From contig JBCNUU010000003.1 in NCBI GenBank assembly GCA_039630545.1, positions 1-64,000 of the forward strand: DNA of 64,000 nt, written 5' to 3'. The notes under the pieces are model-generated. The model did not search any database. It was not told the DNA's origin and saw only the letters and a program-made list of their open reading frames with translations. The position numbers and the translations under genes were made by a program. This document shows, piece by piece, positions 58,412-64,000 of this stretch. The first letter of the stretch is position 1; each line of letters starts with the position of its first letter. The DNA is from Endomicrobiia bacterium (GTDB taxonomy: Bacteria > Elusimicrobiota > Endomicrobiia > DTEH01).

Positions 58412-59017
58412 TTAAATCTTTAAGGCAATAAAAATTCCTACACCTATAGGAATAAAGAAACTTTTAAATAACCTGCTCCATATAGGGTAGTTAAAATCAT
58501 AAATTTTCAAGTTTATACTTGTAATTAAAATAAACCCGGCAGGTATAAAAAACAGAAAACTACCAACATCTCGCCATAGATTTTGTTTTAAAAACAACCA
58601 GCTACCAAGTGATAAAAACGACACTATAACAATAAAAGTTTCACCGGCTGAAAATCCAAATAAATTGATTATTTTCACAATAAAAGAAATTTTGCTTTTA
58701 TATAAAAAAACAGTAGAAATTACTGATATAGCCACAAACACACAGGATACTATGAAAAAAAATTTTTTATATTTTAAAAGTTGTTCTATAAAAATTTCAT
58801 ATATCTGGATGAAGTTGTATCTAATAGATTCTTTAATGTCATGTAATGTATACATTTTGATATAGTCTTGTTTGTTTTTATCTACACCAAGAAAAGATTT
58901 TATCTTTGTATTTTTACCTAACCTATATTTTTTATATACAATTTCTTTTTGTGAAGAGGTGAGATAAAGCAAAGAATAAGTTAAAAAAAGCAATAGAATA
59001 ATGATTGCTGTTCTCAT
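58412..59017 (-). CDS. Hypothetical membrane protein
   Basis: Multiple TM segments; ATGA overlap with the P-II gene. Confidence 0.7.
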   Translation of the reverse strand: MRTAIIILLLFLTYSLLYLTSSQKEIVYKKYRLGKNTKIKSFLGVDKNKQDYIKMYTLHDIKESIRYNFIQIYEIFIEQLLKYKKFFFIVSCVFVAISVISTVFLYKSKISFIVKIINLFGFSAGETFIVIVSFLSLGSWLFLKQNLWRDVGSFLFFIPAGFILITSINLKIYDFNYPIWSRLFKSFFIPIGVGIFIALKI

Positions 59018-59340
59018 TGTTTATTTCTGTTTACTTCTACATATCCAACTACCTTGCTTACAGGCTGTACAAAAGCAATGCCCTGGCCTGGTTTATCAAG
59101 ATTAGCTGCTTTTACAATAACATCTAAAATTTTTTGTGTTTCTTCTTTTTTTGTTATAATAAAAGCTACTTCTTTTTCTGGTTGAATTATAGTCCCTAAA
59201 AGTTTTAGACGTTCTCTTACACCAGTTCCTCTTGCAAAAAACATTGTGGCACCTGCTGCACCTGCATTTAGTACTTCTTTTATTACTTTATCCATTTTAC
59301 CTCGTTGAACCACGAAAGTTATTATTTCAAATTCATTCAT
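59014..59340 (-). CDS. P-II family signal transduction protein
   Basis: AGA.GAT...ARGTG, PEKE, L.KPG.GIAF. Confidence 0.9.
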   Translation of the reverse strand: MNEFEIITFVVQRGKMDKVIKEVLNAGAAGATMFFARGTGVRERLKLLGTIIQPEKEVAFIITKKEETQKILDVIVKAANLDKPGQGIAFVQPVSKVVGYVEVNRNKQ

Positions 59341-59445
59341 ATTGCCCTCCCTAGGTCTAAACTAAAAATCCGTTTAACTTTCTTTTTATTAAAATATAAA
59401 AATATAAGCTATTTTACAATAACTTAATTTTTGGATTGTAACCTC

Positions 59446-59474
59446 TTGACATACTAAATGGAGTTTTATAAAAT
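59446..59474 (+). promoter_or_regulatory. Sigma-70 promoter of the riboswitch-led operon
   Basis: TTGACA (59446-59451), 17-bp spacer, TAAAAT (59469-59474); predicted start near 59481 coincides with the aptamer 5' end. Confidence 0.8.
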
Positions 59475-59480
59475 TTTTAA

Positions 59481-59583
59481 TACCACACTGGTGGGGGAAG
59501 TGAAGGTGAGATTCCTTCCACTGCCCACGCAACGGTAATCTCTGTTGTAAAAAACAGAGGAGTCCGGTCTATCACCAGTGGTA
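59481..59583 (+). ncRNA. Cobalamin riboswitch aptamer (short class-II / AdoCbl-variant-like)
   Basis: GGGAA, GGTGAGATTCC T-loop hairpin, CTGCCCACGCAACGGTAA, GAGTCCG; closing helix TACCAC..TGGTG/CACCA.GTGGTA; B12-independent isoenzyme genes lie downstream. Confidence 0.85.
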
Positions 59584-59669
59584 GGAAGTACCTACGTTGG
59601 GTGGGGAAAAATAATGAAAAAGATAACCCTATCTGTTCACTCATCGTATGTACTTCCTTTGATTTTTTT
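59583..59669 (+). terminator. Riboswitch expression platform: long hairpin plus U tract
   Basis: AGGAAGTAC (59583) pairs with GTACTTCCT (59650), with inner TACG/CGTA and TGGGTGG/TCACTCA pairing, then TTGATTTTTTT. Confidence 0.7.
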
Positions 59670-59687
59670 ATCTCTTTCAAAGTATTT

Positions 59688-60407
59688 ATGGTTAATAAAC
59701 TAGAAGTAAAACTTTTAAGTTTTACTAAAAATGCTTTATATGTGATTTATTCTTCATTTAGACAGTGCTATTCTGCCCTTACTGCAGAAGAGATTTTTAA
59801 GAAGTGTTTAAAAGAAAAAGAAGACAAAAAGTACGAAGATTTTATTAGAAAACTTATAGATTCTGGTCATGAAAGTCCTCTTGAACATGTAAGTTTTACT
59901 TTTTCAATAAGTGGAGTATCAAGAGCCCTTACTCATCAGTTAGTAAGACACAGAATTGCTTCATATTCCCAGCAGAGTCAAAGATATGTTAAAATGGAAA
60001 ATTTTGAATACATTGTTCCCCCATTAATAAGTTCTAATGAAAATCTTAAAAAGGAATTTGATAATTTTATGAAAGAGGTTCAAAAAAAATATGATTTTTT
60101 TGTTAGGGAGTTAGAGAAATTAGGTAAAAAAGGAGAGGAAGTTTACCAGGATGCTAGATATATTTTGCCACAAGCTACAGAAACAAAGATAGTAGTAACT
60201 ATGAATTGTAGGGAACTTTTACATTTTTTTAGAGAAAGATGTTGTAGTCGTGCTCAATGGGAAATAAGAGAGCTTGCAAACAAGATGTTAGAAATTTGTA
60301 GGAAAAAACTTAGAGTCGTTTTTGAAAAAGCAGGAGCAAAATGTGTCAGTCTTGGTTATTGTCCAGAAAACGAAAAATTTAGTTGCGGCAGATATAAATT
60401 AAAATAA
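59688..60407 (+). CDS. thyX: FAD-dependent thymidylate synthase
   Basis: GHESPLEH, SRALTHQLVRHRIASYSQQSQRY, DARYILP, AQWEIR; start moved to ATG 59688. Confidence 0.96.
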   Translation: MVNKLEVKLLSFTKNALYVIYSSFRQCYSALTAEEIFKKCLKEKEDKKYEDFIRKLIDSGHESPLEHVSFTFSISGVSRALTHQLVRHRIASYSQQSQRYVKMENFEYIVPPLISSNENLKKEFDNFMKEVQKKYDFFVRELEKLGKKGEEVYQDARYILPQATETKIVVTMNCRELLHFFRERCCSRAQWEIRELANKMLEICRKKLRVVFEKAGAKCVSLGYCPENEKFSCGRYKLK

Positions 60408-60421
60408 AAAAAATTTTATCA

Positions 60422-60796
60422 ATGGAGGTTAAGTATATGGTTAAATTTGTTTTGTATCTTTTAAGATGGCAGTTGAGTACACCTATTTTGTGGCTTGTAG
60501 TGAAAAATTTAGGTACAGGTATTGGCGCTACAATTCTTGCTAATTTGATTGGTGGTAGTATATTTTTCTGGGTTGATAAGTTTATATTTACATCAAAAGC
60601 AGTTGAAATGTGGCACTTTAAGGAAAAAGGTATTTGTGACAATTGTGGTAAAGAAACTTCATTATGGAGATTGGTTTTAGCACCAGGTTATGATAGAAGA
60701 AATGCAGAGCCAAAATATTTCTGTTTGGAATGTTCAAAGAAAAAAACAGATGAGTTGAGGAAAAGAGGCATACCTATAAGAGGAAGAAGTTATTGA
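60422..60796 (+). CDS. Hypothetical protein: GtrA-like hydrophobic N-terminus + CxxC...CxxC zinc ribbon
   Basis: RWQLSTP, ANLIG..IFFWVD.FIF; CDNC and CLEC; GGAGG RBS. Confidence 0.7.
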   Translation: MEVKYMVKFVLYLLRWQLSTPILWLVVKNLGTGIGATILANLIGGSIFFWVDKFIFTSKAVEMWHFKEKGICDNCGKETSLWRLVLAPGYDRRNAEPKYFCLECSKKKTDELRKRGIPIRGRSY

Positions 60797-60827
60797 GTTT
60801 TTATATAAAAGGGAGGAAAAGTAAAAT

Positions 60828-62963
60828 ATGGAAAAAACAATTTTTGAAGAAACAATACTGTTACAGCCCAGGTTTAGGCATATAATAAAAAGAGATGGCA
60901 GAGTTGTAAAATTTGATTCATCTAAAATCACAAATGCCATATATAAAGCTGGAAAAGCGACAGGAGAGTTTGGTGAAGAAATTGCTAGAAATTTAACCAT
61001 TAAGGTTTTAAATTTAGCAGATTTGTCTGGACTACCGGACACACCAACAGTAGAACAAATTCAAGACATAGTTGAAGAAGTTTTGTTGTCTTCTCCTTTT
61101 AAGAAAACAGCTAAAGCTTATATTCTTTATAGACAGCAACATAAAGAAATAAGAGAAATTTCTTCTAAATTTAGTGTAGAACTTATAGAAAAGTATTTAA
61201 CTAAAAAAGACTGGCAAGTAAAAGAAAACAGCAACATGAGTTTTTCTCTACAGGGTCTTAATAACTATATTTCTCAGGAACTAACAAAAATTTATTGGTT
61301 GAATAAAATCTATACTGAAGATATTAAGTTTGCTCATTTAGAGGGAGATTTTCATATTCATGATTTAGGTGTATTAAGTGTTTATTGTGTTGGGTGGGAT
61401 TTACAGGACTTATTAACTGTTGGGTTTAAAGGAGCAAAAGATAAAGTTGAATCAAAACCACCAAAGCATTTTCGTTCAGCATTAGGACAAATCGTTAACT
61501 TTTTTTATACTTTACAAGGAGAAGCTGCAGGAGCTCAAGCATTTTCTAACTTTGATACACTACTTGCTCCCTTCATAAGATATGATGGGTTATCATACAA
61601 GGCAGTAAAACAATCAATTCAAGAATTTGTTTTTAACCTGAATGTACCTACCAGAGTTGGTTTCCAGACACCTTTTACAAACTTAACATTTGATATCGTT
61701 GCTCCTGAACATCTTAGATATCAAAATGTAATAGTAGCTGGAGAATTAAAAGAAGAAAAATATGGAGATTTTCAGGATGAAATGAATATGATAAACAAAG
61801 CATTTTTAGAAGTGATGTTCGAGGGTGATGCGAAAGGGAGAGTTTTTACATTTCCTATTCCTACCTACAACATAACTAAAAATTTCGACTATGAAAATGA
61901 AAGTCTGGATTTGCTTTGGAAAATTACAGGTAAATATGGAGTGCCATATTTTGCTAATTTTGTAAATTCTGATATGAAACCAGAAGATACAAGAAGTATG
62001 TGTTGTAGACTAAGGCTAGATAACAGAGAATTAAACAAAAGGTTAGGAGGAATTTTTAGTTCTTCTCCTTTGACTGGTTCTATTGGCGTTGTAACGATAA
62101 ACATGCCAAGGATAGGTTATCTTTCTAAAACAGAAAAAGAATTCTTTGATAGGTTGGCCTCTGTTATGGATTTAGCAAAAAATAGTCTAGAAACTAAAAG
62201 AAAAGTTTTAGAAAAACTAACCGAAAATGATCTTTATCCTTATTCTAAATTTTATTTAAGAGAAATTAAAAAACGTTTTGGAGAGTACTGGAAAAATCAT
62301 TTTTCTACAATAGGATTAGTTGGTATGAATGAGGCCTTAATTAACTTTCTTGGAGTTGATATTGGACATCCAGACGGTATAGAGTTTACTAAGAAGGTGT
62401 TAGACTTTATGTTGCTAAAATTAAGAGAATATCAGCAAGAAACAACAAACCTATACAATCTTGAAGCAACTCCAGCAGAAAGCACTTCCTACAGGTTAGC
62501 TTTGCTTGATAAAAAGAAATATCCAGACCTTTTGATAACCCATAACAGAAAAATAAGTGATGTAGATTATCCCATTTATACAAACTCAACGCAGCTTCCA
62601 GTAAATTACACAGATGATATTTTTGAGGTATTAGAACTTCAAAATGATATTCAAAAAAAATATACAGGAGGAACAGTTGTCCACATATTTGTAGGAGAAG
62701 AAATAGAAGATATTCAATCAATTAAGAAATTAGTAAAAAAAATTACTCAAAATTTTGAGATTCCATATTTTACAATAACCCCAACATTTAGCGTATGTCC
62801 TAACTGTGGGTATATAAGAGGAGAAAAACAAATATGTTCTAAATGTGGTGAATTATGTGAAATTTATTCAAGGGTTGTTGGATACTTAAGGCCTGTAAGT
62901 AGATGGAATGAAGGTAAACAATCAGAGTTTAAACAGAGGATGACCTTTAATTTAAATATATGA
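60828..62963 (+). CDS. nrdD: Anaerobic (class III) ribonucleoside-triphosphate reductase with ATP cone
   Basis: IIKRDG...FD..KI, HIHDL, SMCCRL, CPNC...CSKC, glycyl-radical motif YSRVVGYL. Confidence 0.96.
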   Translation: MEKTIFEETILLQPRFRHIIKRDGRVVKFDSSKITNAIYKAGKATGEFGEEIARNLTIKVLNLADLSGLPDTPTVEQIQDIVEEVLLSSPFKKTAKAYILYRQQHKEIREISSKFSVELIEKYLTKKDWQVKENSNMSFSLQGLNNYISQELTKIYWLNKIYTEDIKFAHLEGDFHIHDLGVLSVYCVGWDLQDLLTVGFKGAKDKVESKPPKHFRSALGQIVNFFYTLQGEAAGAQAFSNFDTLLAPFIRYDGLSYKAVKQSIQEFVFNLNVPTRVGFQTPFTNLTFDIVAPEHLRYQNVIVAGELKEEKYGDFQDEMNMINKAFLEVMFEGDAKGRVFTFPIPTYNITKNFDYENESLDLLWKITGKYGVPYFANFVNSDMKPEDTRSMCCRLRLDNRELNKRLGGIFSSSPLTGSIGVVTINMPRIGYLSKTEKEFFDRLASVMDLAKNSLETKRKVLEKLTENDLYPYSKFYLREIKKRFGEYWKNHFSTIGLVGMNEALINFLGVDIGHPDGIEFTKKVLDFMLLKLREYQQETTNLYNLEATPAESTSYRLALLDKKKYPDLLITHNRKISDVDYPIYTNSTQLPVNYTDDIFEVLELQNDIQKKYTGGTVVHIFVGEEIEDIQSIKKLVKKITQNFEIPYFTITPTFSVCPNCGYIRGEKQICSKCGELCEIYSRVVGYLRPVSRWNEGKQSEFKQRMTFNLNI

Positions 62964-63571
62964 GAATAGGTGGTTTTCAAAAAATTTCTTTTATAGATTA
63001 TCCCGGGCATATAAGTTGTGTGGTTTTTACTCAAGGATGCAACTTCAGGTGTTATTATTGTCACAATCCACAGTTAGTTTATCCAGAGTTGTTTCGGGAA
63101 CCTATAGACGAAGAAATTGTTTTCAACTATATAACTAAAAGAAAAAATTATTTAGATGCTGTTGTAATCTGTGGAGGAGAGCCAACAATTCAAGAAGGTA
63201 TAGTTGAATTTGTTAAACATATAAAGAGGTTAGGACTGAAAGTAAAATTAGATACTAATGGTTCAAAACCGGAAATTCTAAATGAAATTATAGGATATAT
63301 AGATTTTATATCAATGGATATAAAATCAAAAATTGAAAAATCCAAATACTCAAAAGTATGTAGAGTAGATGTCGATATTGATAAAATAAAAGATTCTATT
63401 AGAATAATTCTTAACTCTTCAGTTGAACATGAATTTAGGACTACAATAGATAATAATATTGTTGATGCTGAGGATATAAAGGAGATAAATAATTTTTTTT
63501 CTAATTTTTCTTATGTTGTAAAACATAAAATTCAGCATCTAAATAGATGGTTTTCTCCAAATTTTGTATAA
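62960..63571 (+). CDS. nrdG: Anaerobic RNR activating radical SAM protein
   Basis: DYPG, GCNFRCYYCHN, GGEPT, KLDTNGS, EFRTT. Confidence 0.94.
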   Translation: MRIGGFQKISFIDYPGHISCVVFTQGCNFRCYYCHNPQLVYPELFREPIDEEIVFNYITKRKNYLDAVVICGGEPTIQEGIVEFVKHIKRLGLKVKLDTNGSKPEILNEIIGYIDFISMDIKSKIEKSKYSKVCRVDVDIDKIKDSIRIILNSSVEHEFRTTIDNNIVDAEDIKEINNFFSNFSYVVKHKIQHLNRWFSPNFV

Positions 63572-63601
63572 GAAGGTATTTGTATAAGGGGGTAACATTT
63601 A

Positions 63602-64000
63602 ATGATAACATATGTATATGGATACCCAAGATTAGGAGAGAATAGAGAATACAAATTTTCAATAGAAAAATTTTGGAAAAATAACTTATCTCAAAAAGAA
63701 CTAATAGATGAAATTTCTTCTTTAGAACAAAAGAATAGAAATGAGTGTCTTCAATTTATAGATAAAGTTGTAGAAGGCGAGATGACTTTTTACAATGAAA
63801 TTTTAGATACAGCAATTTTATTCGGTATATTAAACCCTAAAAATTTAAATGAATACTACGAGTTTTGTAGAGGAAAAAATGCTTTAGAGATGAAAAAGTG
63901 GTTTAATACAAACTATCATTATTTAGTTGTTGACTTTAGTAAGTTAGATAAGTTTGAGCTAAAAAATAACTTAGATAATATTGCTTTGATTTTTAAAAAT
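63602..64000 (+). CDS. metE: Cobalamin-independent methionine synthase, 5' part (runs off the window)
   Basis: Absent from the ORF track; MITYVYGYPRLGENREYK...W and EMKKWFNTNYHY motifs. Confidence 0.92.
   Translation, partial: MITYVYGYPRLGENREYKFSIEKFWKNNLSQKELIDEISSLEQKNRNECLQFIDKVVEGEMTFYNEILDTAILFGILNPKNLNEYYEFCRGKNALEMKKWFNTNYHYLVVDFSKLDKFELKNNLDNIALIFKN

Noticed and set aside
59481..59583. FMN riboswitch or tRNA interpretation of the structured leader
   Set aside because: Lacks the second T-loop domain of FMN aptamers and a cloverleaf; the GCAACGGTAA core and downstream metE/nrdD fit cobalamin.
59477..59687. ORF 59477..59680 (-) and the 5' extension of thyX from 59601
   Set aside because: Both overlap the riboswitch and its terminator; ThyX similarity begins at ATG 59688.

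Overview
AT-rich bacterial chromosome segment from an anaerobic diderm. The gene content is suggestive of Elusimicrobiota/Endomicrobia, but this is inference only. Left end (1-9.1 kb): an accessory island. It carries a minus-strand operon of tandem GxxExxY nuclease, frameshifted uracil-DNA-glycosylase-like gene, orphan protein, HEXXH metallopeptidase-vWA, MoxR-type AAA+ ATPase, and a >528-aa RecC/AddB-like ORF that the ORF track missed and that runs off the window. An ECF sigma/anti-sigma pair is divergent from it. Next come secreted/envelope genes, a decayed FecR-type gene, a solitary fused nuclease-N6-MTase, serS, an amidase, a rex-led [FeFe]-hydrogenase cluster (hydB, hydA, hydC, hydG, hydE, hydF), rimO and a minor-pilin trio. 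A parS site and a DnaA-box cluster at 43.9-44.9 kb, near where gene orientation flips, mark a probable oriC with no dnaA in the window. To the right are phoP/phoR, a Cys/Ser/Gly-tail protein + LolA-like + YidD-TPR trio, pyk, a small sigma factor bracketed by two Pho-box-like arrays, a porin-pstSCAB-arsC-phoU operon, and a cobalamin riboswitch heading thyX-hypothetical-nrdD-nrdG-metE. No tRNA, rRNA, CRISPR array or transposase was seen. All calls are by-eye motif recognition; no database searches were run.
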